A stretch of 37,202 nt of DNA. Origin: Octopus bimaculoides (taxonomy: Eukaryota). The notes beneath the pieces were generated by a model that was not told the DNA's origin, searched no databases, and saw only the letters and a list, made by a program, of their open reading frames with translations. The DNA is taken from positions 12,381,478-12,418,679 of the forward strand of contig NC_069008.1 of assembly GCF_001194135.2 (NCBI RefSeq), written 5' to 3'. Both the position numbers and the translations under genes were made by a program. Of the stretch, positions 1 to 12,835 are shown in pieces (positions within the stretch are counted from its first letter, which is position 1; each line of letters opens with the position of its first letter).

Positions 1-95
1 AGCCTGGTGTTGCCATCCGGTTTCACCAGTCCTCAGTCAAATCGTCCAACCCATGCTAGCATGGAAAGCGGACGTTAAATGATGATGATGATGAT
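1..95 (+). mobile_element. SINE-like repeat 3' end (family C, (GAT)n tail)
   Basis: ...CCAACCCATGCTAGCATGGAAAGCGGACGTTAAATGATGATG matches the tails at ~3590-3629, ~13010-13063 and ~25980-26041. Confidence 0.8.
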
Positions 96-113
96 ACATA
101 TATAAACATATGC

Positions 114-147
<34 letters not shown>

Positions 148-176
148 ATACATATATATACACATACATACATATA
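96..176. repeat. (AT)n/(ACAT)n microsatellite
   Basis: Directly visible tandem repeats. Confidence 0.9.
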
Positions 177-430
177 TCTAATATATAAAATCCATTCTGA
201 CTGTCTGTTTGTGCATTTACAACTCGAGTGTTGTTCATCCGATTGCGCTGAAATTTTAAACATGGATACATGAGACCGTGGGGCATTCTGTAATCTAAAA
301 AGATTTTCAAAATTGTTAGTTTCAAAATGAGAATCGCTATTTTTGTAATCTTTTTGTCCTGTTTGTTCTGTCATTAAAAGAAACGTGGCACATACTATTT
401 CGCTAGCAACAAGGGGAGTACAGGATGATA
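177..430 (+). mobile_element. possible non-autonomous Helitron-like 5' end
   Basis: A|TCTAATATATAAAA followed by CTGACTGTCTGTTTGTG resembles Helitron-N 5' termini. No 3' hairpin-CTAG end was found and the right boundary is uncertain. Confidence 0.35.
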
Positions 431-1072
431 GTCAGCCAAAACCGTTGCTATGCTGTCTCTCTTCTGTCCTCTCTCTGTCTCTCTTATGATGTCCGATTCC
501 ACTTGAAGTTGTTTTCATATATTGTGTTAAGATTCATTATTGATCAATTATCCTTATTGAGAAGAAACAGTCAAAAGTAACTACCACATACAATCGCCAA
601 ACATCTCCACTACTTAACACTGTCCAAGTTTGGGGTTAATAATCTTAATCTTTAGTTACAGTTTCTCATTCAAACTACATAATAGGCAGAATTGTCGGAT
701 TAAGACAGTATGGTGTTGTGAGGGATATTTGGCTGCTATTTCTACCAGGTCTAGCTACCATGTAGAGGTCTCCCTCAATTGGGTCATACATACATATATA
801 CATAAATCGAAATAAAATACTTAAAGCAACAGGTGTCAAATACAAAAGCCAAGGTCCACGCAGTGTCATGGGCCAAATAAATTTCCAACTTCTTGCCTAA
901 TATGAGCTCAGAGCAATCTCTTATCTCTTACACTATTTCAGTATTACGTCTCTATTGTAATGTAATGTAATACTTTCAAATGTAAACACAATGTGAAAGT
1001 GTAGCTCTAGTTGGCAAATGTGTATGCTTCTGTTGTGTAAATTTTAGTAACTTAAGATGTTCAGTCGTCAAG

Positions 1073-1186
1073 GTAAATATTTGTTTCTGCAATTAATCTC
1101 TATATAAATGTTATAAATTTCTCTCTATTGAATCTTTGTTTTTCAAGTAGTCTATATTTTAAACTGATGTTTCTTCCTTATTTCAG
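1073..1186 (+). other. putative short intron before the zinc-finger exon of paralog 1
   Basis: AAG|GTAAAT donor at 1073, CTGAT branch-like motif, pyrimidine tract and TTTCAG acceptor at 1186. The homologous donor (22174) and acceptor (22295) are conserved in paralog 3. Confidence 0.45.
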
Positions 1187-1591
1187 AATCATAGATGATA
1201 TTGGACTAACAGAAGATGCACCTTCAAAACTTTCCATCGTTTAAAGACTGAATGTAAATGCTATATGGAAGAGATATCTAGCACTGTGTCTATAAATTCA
1301 TAAAATTCCAGTGACGTATTTGCTCTACACTGATATTATTAGCAAAATTTCTCACATAATCTGGAGTGTATTCAAAATGAATTGTTTGCTAATTAAACGT
1401 GAATAAATTTTCATATGAGTTCTTAGATAAAAGTATCTTTGGACAGAAATACAGCAGCTGAAAAAATTCAAAAAGAATAAACAGTAGAAACAAAATGAAC
1501 AAGAAATATATAATAGAGACATATTTTGATTTGATAAGTAAAAAATTGTAAAACCGTCAAAAGCTTAAGGAATTGATTCTTTCCTGAAGAC

Positions 1592-2945
<1,354 letters not shown>

Positions 2946-3449
2946 TCTTAAACAACATCAAACAGTTCTTCATGAAATAAGGTGGGTTAAGCTTTGTGAA
3001 CTTTACACATGATATCAACCAAGCCATTCGTGGTTACCTTTCTGAGGTAGTCTTTTACTGCTGATTGAATTTTTAATGATGACAACTTCTTTTAATTACC
3101 TCTTACAACATGAACGGATATGGTTTACTGTCCAATTTCTTGGTATGAAAATCCTCATCTATAACTGTAAATGTATTCACATTGGACAGGAGACATAACA
3201 GTGTGTGACAACAGCCTGCCCACACTGCATTTTATATTAACACAACTAACCGCTGTTGAAATAACTTACTTGTGTGATATTTGTAATAAAAGCAATTTCC
3301 TCCAGATTTTGAATTTGTTTACTGTGTTGAGACCAATATCGTTATTTTTGGGAAGAATCATAATTAGCAAAGCCTATAAACACACTTGCTGGAAGTCCCA
3401 TCAAGTTGAGCAAAATTGCAGTCATGACAGATTTGGTTGTCATACAAAT

Positions 3450-3629
3450 GGCACCCATCCCAGTGGCACATAATAGCGCCCATTACACTCTTGGAGTGGT
3501 TGGCATTAGGAATTGCCTTGAACTGTAAAAACCATGCCAAATGAGACTGGAGTCTGGTGCAGCTTTCCAGCCCTCGTCAAACTGTCCAACTCATGCTAGC
3601 ATGGACAATGGATGTTAAATGATGATGAT
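3450..3629 (+). mobile_element. SINE-like repeat (family C)
   Basis: GGAGTGGTTGGCATTAGGAA...CATGCTAGCATGG...GTTAAATGATGATG matches the other family C copies. Confidence 0.75.
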
Positions 3630-3666
3630 ATATTTCACTTCTTTTTATTTCGAAGGTATTTGATGT

Positions 3667-3866
3667 TTGTGAGTAGAACAGTAAAAATATGTGAGACTTC
3701 TCTCAAGTTTAAAATGTGACATTGATTTTGTTAACTACATTCCAATGATGGAGATTTGTACGTTTGTTAGAACCCAGCTCCTTTCTCAGGAGAATATTTT
3801 AAATAATTAAAAACAGAAGAGAACATACACACTAACAATCATAACGATTGATTTATTCATTCATTC
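3667..3866 (+). repeat. segmental-duplication block (copy at 34715-34907)
   Basis: GTGAGTAGAACAGTAAAAATAT...GATTGATTTATTCATTCATT is nearly identical at both sites. Confidence 0.9.
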
Positions 3867-3884
3867 ATTTATTGATTAGATAAA

Positions 3885-4360
3885 TTCTTGTTTAGGCACC
3901 ACATATAACCCCTTATAACATTTTAATGTTTGGGAATTTTTCAGAAAAATTTTGCAAATACATGTTCTACACATGGAAATTCATATGTTGATGCAAAATT
4001 TTGTTTTAATGGTATGCTTCGATTCAGAATCCATGAAGGTCATGCGTATGCACGAATATTTTAAACTTTTTTGAATTTAGATCTCAAAATTTATTTTCCA
4101 ATTATAAACAGAAATGAATGATAGATTCAGACTGTCCGTATTTTAAACTTTGATTTTAAAAACATTTTGAGAAAGAGTAGAAATTTTAGGATTGAAGGGG
4201 AGAGAGGTGGCAGGTGTGAAAATTTTTTTATAATTTCTCCTTTTTTGCACAAGTGTATGTATTGCAGTGTGTAGAACATAAACTTGCAAAAATTTCCTTA
4301 AATTCCAAAAGTTACAAAAAATTTATGAGGGGTTGTATGGGGTATTTAAACCAGAATCCC
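3885..4360. mobile_element. MITE-like element with ~90-bp imperfect terminal inverted repeats
   Basis: The left end (CATATAACCCCTTATAA...GGAATTT...TTTTGCAAA...ATGTTCTACACA) is mirrored by the right end. Related ends occur at ~11520-11620 and ~34910-35020. Confidence 0.6.
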
Positions 4361-4471
4361 GCCGATTGATCGATTCATTACATAACTCAGACAGAGTATG
4401 GAGTACCACATTGTAATTCGCCAGTTGGCAAAATATTTATTCCATCATTTGCAATATTCATCTCAGTCTAA

Positions 4472-4690
4472 GATGGCGAGCTGCCAGAAACGTTCGCACG
4501 CCGGGCGAAATACTTAGCGGTATTTTGTCTGTCTTTCAGTTCTGAGTTTAAATTCCGCCGAGGTCGACTTTGCCTTTCATCCTTTCGAGGTTGATAAATT
4601 AAGTACCAGTTGTGTACTGGAATCGATCTAATCGACTAGTTCCCTCCCCACCAAAAGGTTTTGGGCCTTGTGCCTAGAGTAGGAAAGAAT
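4472..4690 (+). mobile_element. tRNA-derived SINE-like repeat (family A)
   Basis: GGCGAGCTGCCAGAAACG head, GAGTTTAAATTCC B-box-like motif, GCCTTTCATCCTTTCG core. AATATTCATCT direct repeats flank it (4453-4463, 4688-4698). Confidence 0.85.
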
Positions 4691-4711
4691 ATTCATCTTA
4701 TTCTGTAGTCA

Positions 4712-5190
4712 GTTGTCATGGGCGTGACTTGATAAGCTTTCTCCATACCAGTCGCTTTCTTGCCTGGGTTTGCCATTTATTATGGTCAATTCCTTCCCAT
4801 TTCATATTCCATTTTACAGTATCTTTGAATCTCTGTCTAGGTTTTCCCTGCTTTCTTTTTCCTTTGCATAGTTGGGAGTAAAGGATTTGTCTTGGGAGTT
4901 TGTTGTTGTCCATCCTATGTACATACCCAAACCAACAAAAGTTTTATCAATGAGGATTTCCATCATAAGAAGCAGGCCAGCACACCCTAGAATCTTTTCC
5001 TTCCTGATCTTGTTAAAGAGAGTAATGTTCATGATTTGTCGTAGCTGTCTCATGTAACTTGCCTGCTTGAGCTTTATAGACTGGCCAGATTTCACTTCAT
5101 ACAACACAGAAGAAAGCACTATGGCTTGGTACACCTTACAAAGCATTGTATGGCTTACCAGGTACATCATCGTTTGCAAAGAGCTGAGAG
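4712..5190 (-). mobile_element. RTE-clade LINE ORF2 C-terminal remnant
   Basis: Frameshifted peptides KVYQAIVLSSVLY, MRQLRQIMNIT and MDNNKLPRQILYSQLCKGKRKQGKPRQRFKDTVK match the RTE ORF2 C-terminal pattern. Paralogous copies at ~18005 and ~35560. Confidence 0.85.
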
Positions 5191-5196
5191 AAAAGG

Positions 5197-7337
5197 TGAT
5201 TTTTTATTTCCCACAAGGGAACAACATAGAGGGAGACATCACAATCTGATTTTTGGGGTTAGATTAACAAATGATAGTTACACAAAAGTGAATTTTAAAA
5301 TGTTTTTAACAAATATAAAATTATGATAACACTGACCGGAAGACATTACGGATAGAGTGGGAAGGTGGGTTCAGCTCGGACCCCACGAGCCCCGCCTCAC
5401 CACTGATGCCTGAGACTCGCCTTGCGTCGCATTCATGAGGTGCCATTCATATGCAACATTCGTGAAACATTCTTTCATCGATTATCAAATATTTTCGCAG
5501 ACAGGCATTTTCTCTCAAGCTCTATTTCCCTTTTCAGGTGAAAGGTGAAATAATTCCCAATTCAGAGCCAGAAATGAAGATGCCTGACTTTAACCCTTTC
5601 AGCCTCGTCTTCCAAATCACTTCTCTCGTAATTGCTACTACATTGAGAAAACAATTCTTACCTTCTTTCGAGAGGAAATCCGGCGGGTCAATTTTTACTA
5701 TTGACTCAGTCGATAGCTGTACTCTTCCTGCACTTGACAACAGTTGTTCAGCATAAACCCACACGTCTGATACCTCCGAACACTGAACAATAGCGTGCGG
5801 GACGGTTTCCCTATCCCGCCCGCATTTTGGACTGGTCGAAGGGCCGTGGCCACCATGCCTTATGAGCTTGTCCCAAACAGATAAGGCTTCGCGGTAGCAC
5901 TGCCATGCTAGAGACTTCTGAAAGTTGTCCAGGGTCTTCGGCCGAATGTACGTTGGAACAGACTGACCAGCTAATTATTGTCGAGACCTAGGGTTTCCCC
6001 TAAGGTATCGTCACATTCCGCCTCTACAAGCCCTCTATAAAAGAATGCGGTGGAACCACCACCGCAGGCATTGCCCGAGCGACGGAATAGCAGGAGTGCC
6101 TTTCGACACTCTGTAAACCATGTACCCAACTTCGATCTACGATAGAACCAGGTTTCCCGTCCACCGAAACTAGTGAACTTGGAAAACATTCGTTTCACCA
6201 GCGAAGACCACACCCGTTCACCATCCAGATGCCTCAACCGCAGCGCATGTCTGCGCATCAAAAGCCAAGGCATCCCTAGCCCACCCTTTAACAGTTGTTG
6301 GCAGCATATAGAGCGTCTCACAAGCGACTTCGAGCCCTTCCACAAGAAGTAGAATAGCTGTCTTTNNNNNNNNNNNNNNNNNNNNNNNNNNNNNNNNNNN
6401 NNNNNNNNNNNNNNNNNNNNNNNNNNNNNNNNNNNNNNNNNNNNNNNNNNNNNNNNNNNNNNNNNNNNNNNNNNNNNNNNNNNNNNNNNNNNNNNNNNNN
6501 NNNNNNNNNNNNNNNNNNNNNNNNNNNNNNNNNNNNNNNNNNNNNNNNNNNNNNNNNNNNNNNNNNNNNNNNNNNNNNNNNNNNNNNNNNNNNNNNNNNN
6601 NNNNNNNNNNNNNNNNNNNNNNNNNNNNNNNNNNNNNNNNNNNNNNNNNNNNNNNNNNNNNNNNNNNNNNNNNNNNNNNNNNNNNNNNNNNNNNNNNNNN
6701 NNNNNNNNNNNNNNNNNNNNNNNNNNNNNNNNNNNNNNNNNNNNNNNNNNNNNNNNNNNNNNNNNNNNNNNNNNNNNNNNNNNNNNNNNNNNNNNNNNNN
6801 NNNNNNNNNNNNNNNNNNNNNNNNNNNNNNNNNNNNNNNNNNNNNNNNNNNNNNNNNNNNNNNNNNNNNNNNNNNNNNNNNNNNNNNNNNNNNNNNNNNN
6901 NNNNNNNNNNNNNNNNNNNNNNNNNNNNNNNNNNNNNNNNNNNNNNNNNNNNNNNNNNNNNNNNNNNNNNNNNNNNNNNNNNNNNNNNNNNNNNNNNNNN
7001 NNNNNNNNNNNNNNNNNNNNNNNNNNNNNNNNNNNNNNNNNNNNNNNNNNNNNNNNNNNNNNNNNNNNNNNNNNNNNNNNNNNNNNNNNNNNNNNNNNNN
7101 NNNNNNNNNTGGTTCATCAAAGATCAGATTGTGACATCATTACCACGTTGGGCTTCCACCACTCGGGCCCATCCTGCCGCCGTGATTCCCTCACAAACCA
7201 CTGCACGAAGCCTAGCCCTGACAGTGCACCCCATGTGTTTGGCTTCGAGGTGCTGGTTTAACGCCAGTCTCTTGGCCTTCACCTGAGCCGCAGAGCCAGT
7301 TTCCAGTGCTTCTCTAAGTTCTTAACTAATGCTGATA
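5197..7337 (-). mobile_element. 5'-truncated L1/Tx1-like LINE spanning an assembly gap
   Basis: Minus-strand peptides LDNFQKSLAWQCYREAL...SPKCGRDRETVPHAIVQC (zf-RVT/CCHC-like), WKGSKSLVRRSIC and GCTVRARLRAV. AATAAA plus a short A tail at the 3' end. TSD AGCTGA(G/A)AGAAAAGG at 5182-5196 and 7338-7352. Confidence 0.85.
6366..7109. other. assembly gap
   Basis: Run of N. Confidence 1.
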
Positions 7338-7399
7338 AGCTGAAAGAAAAGGGCTCTGATGAGAGTTATCTCCCGTAAACTGTATATGGAAAGAAAAAA

Positions 7400-7687
7400 T
7401 ATACATGCGCATTAAACCTGCTGCCGTTAAATTAGTCGTGAAAAACAAACGCATGCGCATTAAACTGGCTTCCGTTTCTTTCTTCACTTCCTAATATTTG
7501 TCAGCTTAAAGAATTCCTTTTAACCAAGTACTATGTACAGTTATTAAACATTTCTCGTCCACCACACACACATATACACACTGTTATAATACATTTTCAA
7601 CAATACTACACACTTACAGTACATTTCTCAGCTACCACACACACCATTATATAACAACACAATCCTTTATAAAACATTTCCGTAAGT
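7400..7687 (+). promoter_or_regulatory. putative promoter and non-coding exon 1 of paralog 2
   Basis: CATGCGCAT (7404) and CGCATGCGCA (7450) NRF-1-like motifs, CTTCCG (7469) ETS-like motif and a pyrimidine tract, then TTCC|GTAAGT donor at 7682. All are conserved at 18421-18671 and 35885-36135. Confidence 0.6.
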
Positions 7688-7924
7688 ATTCAACAATGAC
7701 AATGTTTAATCTTTGAATCCTGTTGATGTCCTTCGTTTTTGACATGTCGATTGTTTGAGTCTATCGTACCTTTTATACATGGAACATGTCTGATTTATGC
7801 GTGAATTGGCCTCTATTTCTTGCTATGAAACCTGCTTTGTTGACTGTCCATCGTTGCCATTTTAGTTGTGTGATTTAGTTTGAGAAATATTTTGTATTAC
7901 ACTTCGATGACTTTATTATAATTT

Positions 7925-8107
7925 GGTTTCAAATTTTGTCACAAGGCCAGCAATTTAGCTGGTGATTAAGTCGATTGCATCGACCCTAGTACTTAACAGG
8001 TATTTATTTTATCGGCCCTGAAATTAATCGTCGGCGGAATTTGAACTCACAAGGTGAAGAAGGTTTGGCCTGGTGTGCTAACGATTCTGCCAGCGCGTCG
8101 CCTTAAT
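7925..8107 (-). mobile_element. family A SINE (same position as 18910-19118)
   Basis: Reverse complement begins AAGGCGACGCGCTGGCAGAATCGTTAGCAC and ends GGCCTTGTGACAAAATTTGAAACC. Confidence 0.75.
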
Positions 8108-8189
8108 CCTCTATTATAAGTCGTCGAATGTTTTTTTGGTAAACTTCGATCGTTTCACCCGAACGTTTTCACTTAGAAAAAAGAATTTT

Positions 8190-8790
8190 AAAAACTCGGA
8201 TTTTTTGCGTGGAATCAAGTGCCCTGACCTCCTAATATGTCGCAAACCCCTTATTTTTGTTCGAAATCATTGCCAATATCTTTTTTTCTTATTTCCGTTG
8301 AATGAATTACGGTGACCTCCTAATATGTCACAACCCCTTTTTTTTTTAGTCCAGAAAACTAGGTGTGGTGGAATGGAATCCTCGGAAATTTCACACCTCG
8401 CCCATTTTCAAATATTTTTTGCTGTTTCTTTACCCGTATTTTTAGATAACGTTTTCGAGAGAGTTTGGATTACATTAGATCGAAAATTCAAGCAAGTTTG
8501 AAAAGAATAAGTGAAAATGCAGAGTTTATAGAGGTTAGTGGTAACGAAGTCTGTGGAGAGGTAAAGAATGATAAAGAATTAATCTAAAAACCATGTAAGA
8601 GTTTGTGTATGTGTGTGAAACAAGTAAAAGTATAATATTAAAACAAAATATCTTTTTCATACCTCTTAAAATCACTGGAAATAATATATATAATGTATAA
8701 TAATCCCAGATTGCAGAATAGATTTGAAAGACAAATCCACCTTCTCTTTGCAATTTTTGGCCCCAAAATCAGGTAGCTAATCCATGGAAA
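8190..8790. repeat. repeat arm, inverted relative to ~10200-10778 and to ~8908-8992
   Basis: 8190-8700 is the reverse complement of ~10200-10778. 8695-8790 is the reverse complement of ~8908-8992. Confidence 0.75.
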
Positions 8791-9089
8791 GCAGACGTTA
8801 AATGATGATGATATATAATATAATATTATTGCTATACCATTGAAAGTTTAGATAAACTTCATCACTCACATGCACGCTCTCTCTCTCTCCACGCAAAAAT
8901 GAAATGCATTAGTTACCCAGTTTCGGTGCCAAAAATTGCAAAGTGAAAGTGGATTTGTCTTTCAAATTTATTCTGTAATCTGGGATTATTATATACTAAC
9001 TTCAAAGCCGCTCAACAGAGCAGCTTTTAAACAACTGACCGAATGGGAAGATCTGCAAACAGATCTCTAATTTGTTTGGAGAATTTGTT

Positions 9090-9465
9090 GTAGTTGCTTC
9101 CTCCAGGGTCATATCCCAATGATGATCATATTCATTGCAAAAAAAATCACCGAAAACAATCGCAGTAATGAAAACATAGGAATCCCAAATTTCAGGATTG
9201 CAGGTCCAGTTTCGGCCTGGAATGTTTTTAATTTACTCACGGAGTTAGCCTTTAGATTATAAAGATTGTTATCATACAAAAAAATTTGTCACAAAAAGTC
9301 ACGTAAAAAAAAATTGCCAGAAACCATCACAGTAATGAAAACTTGGGAATCCAAAATTTCAAGACTGTGGGTCCAGATTCAGCCCAGAATGTTTTTAATC
9401 TACTCACAGAGTCAGCCTGATTCCATAACGGTATGATATATTGGGCTATGGCCTCTGGGAGTAAA
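9090..9465. mobile_element. foldback/MITE-like element with an internal ~167-bp tandem duplication
   Basis: ~35-bp imperfect terminal inverted repeats. CAGTAATGAAAAC...TACTCAC repeats at 9163 and 9330. Confidence 0.5.
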
Positions 9466-9509
9466 GTTGAAAAAGTGTGACACACTGACATTCGCATTTA
9501 TTATATTAA

Positions 9510-9725
9510 GGCACTGAGCTTGCGGAATCGTTAGCACACTGGGCGAAATGCTTAGCGGTATTTCATCTGCTGTTAGGTTTTGAGTTTGAATTCTGCTAAG
9601 GTTGACTTTGCTTTTCATCCTTTCAGAGTTGACAGAATTAGTACCAGTTACATACTAGGGTCGATGTAATCAACTTAATCCCTTGCCCCAAAATTTGAGG
9701 CCTTGTGCTTCTAGTAGAAAGGATT
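9510..9725 (+). mobile_element. family A SINE
   Basis: GAGCTTGCGGAATCGTTAGCAC...GGCCTTGTGCTTCTAGTAGAAAGG. Confidence 0.75.
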
Positions 9726-9929
9726 TATTAAAGTTGAAAAAGTGTGACACAGACATAATTATATTAGGTATGTTTAATTTTTTAGAAACTTTATTTCAAT
9801 TAAAGTGTATTTTATATATGCGTGTGTGTGTGTGTGTTCCTGTATTAAAGAAAGCAAAAAATAAAACAAAAATGATAGTGTTCAGTATGTTGATGACAGG
9901 AATTTCTGTCAAAGAGACATGGTTAAACT

Positions 9930-10778
9930 AAGTTGTACATCATCTCCCTCTTTCTCTCACATACCCACTCTTTCTCCTCTCTTATTATTACTCCCACTGC
10001 CACCATCAACACTACTACTTTTGATAAAGCATCAACTTTCCCTAAATTTCTTTTTCTCTCTCTCTCTCTTTGCAATCATCCTCACCATCGCCTACTATTA
10101 CTCTCACCCCATCATGAGGAACAGTAGGAGTGTCATTGAATAGTGAGAGAGGGGGGTCTAAGTGTGACATACTGACACACACAAATTAGTTTTCACATTT
10201 TTTATATTAAGATTATATATATTATACCCAGTGATTTTAAGATACATGAAAAAGATATTTTGTTTTAATATTATACTTTTGCTTGTTTCACACACATACA
10301 CAAACTCTTGCGTGTTTTTTTTAGATGAATTCTTTATATTCTTTGTCTCTCCACAGACTTCATTAACCCTAACCTCTATAAGTTCTGCATTTTCACTTAT
10401 TCTTTTCAGACTTGTTTGAATTTTCAATCTAATGTAATCCACACTCTCCTGAAAACGTATTTCTGCAAAATGTTATCTAAAAATATGGGTAAAGAAAGAA
10501 ACAGCAAAAAATATTTGACAATAATGGGGGGGGGTCTGAGGGTTCCACCCCTTCCCACCCCGTTTTCCAGACCAAAAAAAGGGGGTTGTGGCATATTAGG
10601 AGGTCACTGTAATTCAACGAAAAAGAAAAAATTTCCAGTGATCCCAGAATATGGGAGGTGGAATCTGGTTTTCTACCCCACCTTTTTTCTGATCAAAAGT
10701 AAGTGGTTTGCAGCATATTAGGGGTATATTAGAGGTTAGGGTATTTGATTTCATGCAAAAATCCAGGGTTTTTTTTTT
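9930..10778. repeat. dispersed repeat; left part matches ~31500-31690 inverted, right part matches 8190-8700 inverted
   Basis: AACAGTAGGAGTGTCATTGAATAGTGAGAGAGGGGGGTC...TGTGACATACTGACACAC matches the reverse complement of ~31505-31585. Confidence 0.65.
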
Positions 10779-10925
10779 NNNNNNNNNNNNNNNNNNNNNN
10801 NNNNNNNNNNNNNNNNNNNNNNNNNNNNNNNNNNNNNNNNNNNNNNNNNNNNNNNNNNNNNNNNNNNNNNNNNNNNNNNNNNNNNNNNNNNNNNNNNNNN
10901 NNNNNNNNNNNNNNNNNNNNNNNNN
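10779..10925. other. assembly gap
   Basis: Run of N. Confidence 1.
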
Positions 10926-11144
10926 GCCCATTAAAATGACATTGAATAAAAAATGGCAATCTTTAATTTTAGGCACATATATTATCAGGGCACAAGGCCA
11001 GCTGTTTTAAGGGGAGAGGGAAGTCGATTGCCTCGACCCCAGTACTTGATGGGTACTGCTTTATTGCCTTGTAGCTATAACAAGCATGTCTGTGTGGTAA
11101 GGCCTTGAATCACACATCAAAAATTTTTTTTGTTCCACTTTGTA

Positions 11145-11480
11145 GGCGCAGGCATGGCTGTGTGGTAAGAAGCTTGCTTCCCAAGCACATGGTTCCGGGA
11201 TTAGTCCCACTGTGTAGCACATTGCGCAAATGTCTTCTACTATAATCTTGGGCCAACCAAAGCTTTGTAAGTGGATTTGGTAAGACAGAAACTGAAAGAA
11301 GCCTGTTGTATATATATGTATGTATATATTTATGGGTGTGTGTGTCTTTGTGTCTGTCGCCCCACCATCACGACAACCAATGTTGGTGTGTTTACATCCC
11401 TGTAACTTAGCAGTTCGGCAAAAGAGAATGATAGAATAAGTACTTGACTAACAAAGAATAAATCTTGAGGTCAATTTGTT
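11145..11480 (+). mobile_element. tRNA-derived SINE-like repeat (family B)
   Basis: GGCGCAGGCATGGCTGTGTGGTAAGAAGCTTGCTT head and GAAACTGAAAGAAGCC core. Other copies at ~19555 (+) and ~26365 (-). Confidence 0.8.
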
Positions 11481-12203
11481 TGGCTGCAGACAAATCACTG
11501 AAACATATAAAAGAATAATTGTATGAATTCCCATGTGTTGAATACAAATTTTCAATAATTTTCTGAAAATTCCCAAAACTAAAAAAGTGATTAGGGGCTA
11601 CATGGTGTGCATAAAGCAGCATTTCACTTAATTACAGTTGACAACACATGCTGCCATGCACGAAATGACAGCTTCCAAAATCCTGTTTTCTGACTGGGTG
11701 AAAATTATCAAACTTTAAACCGCTGTAACATTTTTTAAAAAAATTTATCTGGTAAAAGTGAAATATCTCCAGCAATTCAGCTTGGAAAACTACATTAATG
11801 TACCAAATTTTAAAATTTTCAATTCACTCTGATTTTTGGAATTTTGGTTGCCAAACCTAAAAGATCCATTTGTTCTACACCACCTCTTGATAACTGGTAT
11901 CAGTTGGTTTGCATCCTCATTCCTTACCAAATCTGCAGGAAGATCAATAAAATAAATACTGAGGTTTAGTTGTTTGATTAACCCCTTCAAGGCAATGTCC
12001 CAGGTTGAGCTGCAGCTTAATGACTAATACAAGTAAACTGTATGTATGTATGTATGTATGTATATATTTGTGTGTGTATATATAACTATGTATATATATG
12101 TATGTGTTTGCTGCCCGGCACCCTTAGTCACTTTTAGTAGCAGTGAACTTTTTTTCGGGCAAGGTTTTAATTGCCTCTAACCCTCTTAATTATTTTATAC
12201 ATC

Positions 12204-12235
<32 letters not shown>

Positions 12236-12835
12236 NNNNNNNNNNNNNNNNNNNNNNNNNNNNNNNNNNNNNNNNNNNNNNNNNNNNNNNNNNNNNNNNN
12301 NNNNNNNNNNNNNNNNNNNNNNNNNNNNNNNNNNNNNNNNNNNNNNNNNNNNNNNNNNNNNNNNNNNNNNNNNNNNNNNNNNNNNNNNNNNNNNNNNNNN
12401 NNNNNNNNNNNNNNNNNNNNNNNNNNNNNNNNNNNNNNNNNNNNNNNNNNNNNNNNNNNNNNNNNNNNNNNNNNNNNNNNNNNNNNNNNNNNNNNNNNNN
12501 NNNNNNNNNNNNNNNNNNNNNNNNNNNNNNNNNNNNNNNNNNNNNNNNNNNNNNNNNNNNNNNNNNNNNNNNNNNNNNNNNNNNNNNNNNNNNNNNNNNN
12601 NNNNNNNNNNNNNNNNNNNNNNNNNNNNNNNNNNNNNNNNNNNNNNNNNNNNNNNNNNNNNNNNNNNNNNNNNNNNNNNNNNNNNNNNNNNNNNNNNNNN
12701 NNNNNNNNNNNNNNNNNNNNNNNNNNNNNNNNNNNNNNNNNNNNNNNNNNNNNNNNNNNNNNNNNNNNNNNNNNNNNNNNNNNNNNNNNNNNNNNNNNNN
12801 NNNNNNNNNNNNNNNNNNNNNNNNNNNNNNNNNNN
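12236..12835. other. assembly gap flanked by (AT)n
   Basis: Run of N. Confidence 1.

Noticed and set aside
7350-7410. CUGAUGA-GAG-uuau-CUC hammerhead-like motif upstream of the promoter (also CUGAGGA at 18373)
   Set aside because: Followed by CCGUAAAC rather than GAAA, with no stem III/NUH or stem I partner. The third copy lacks the core.
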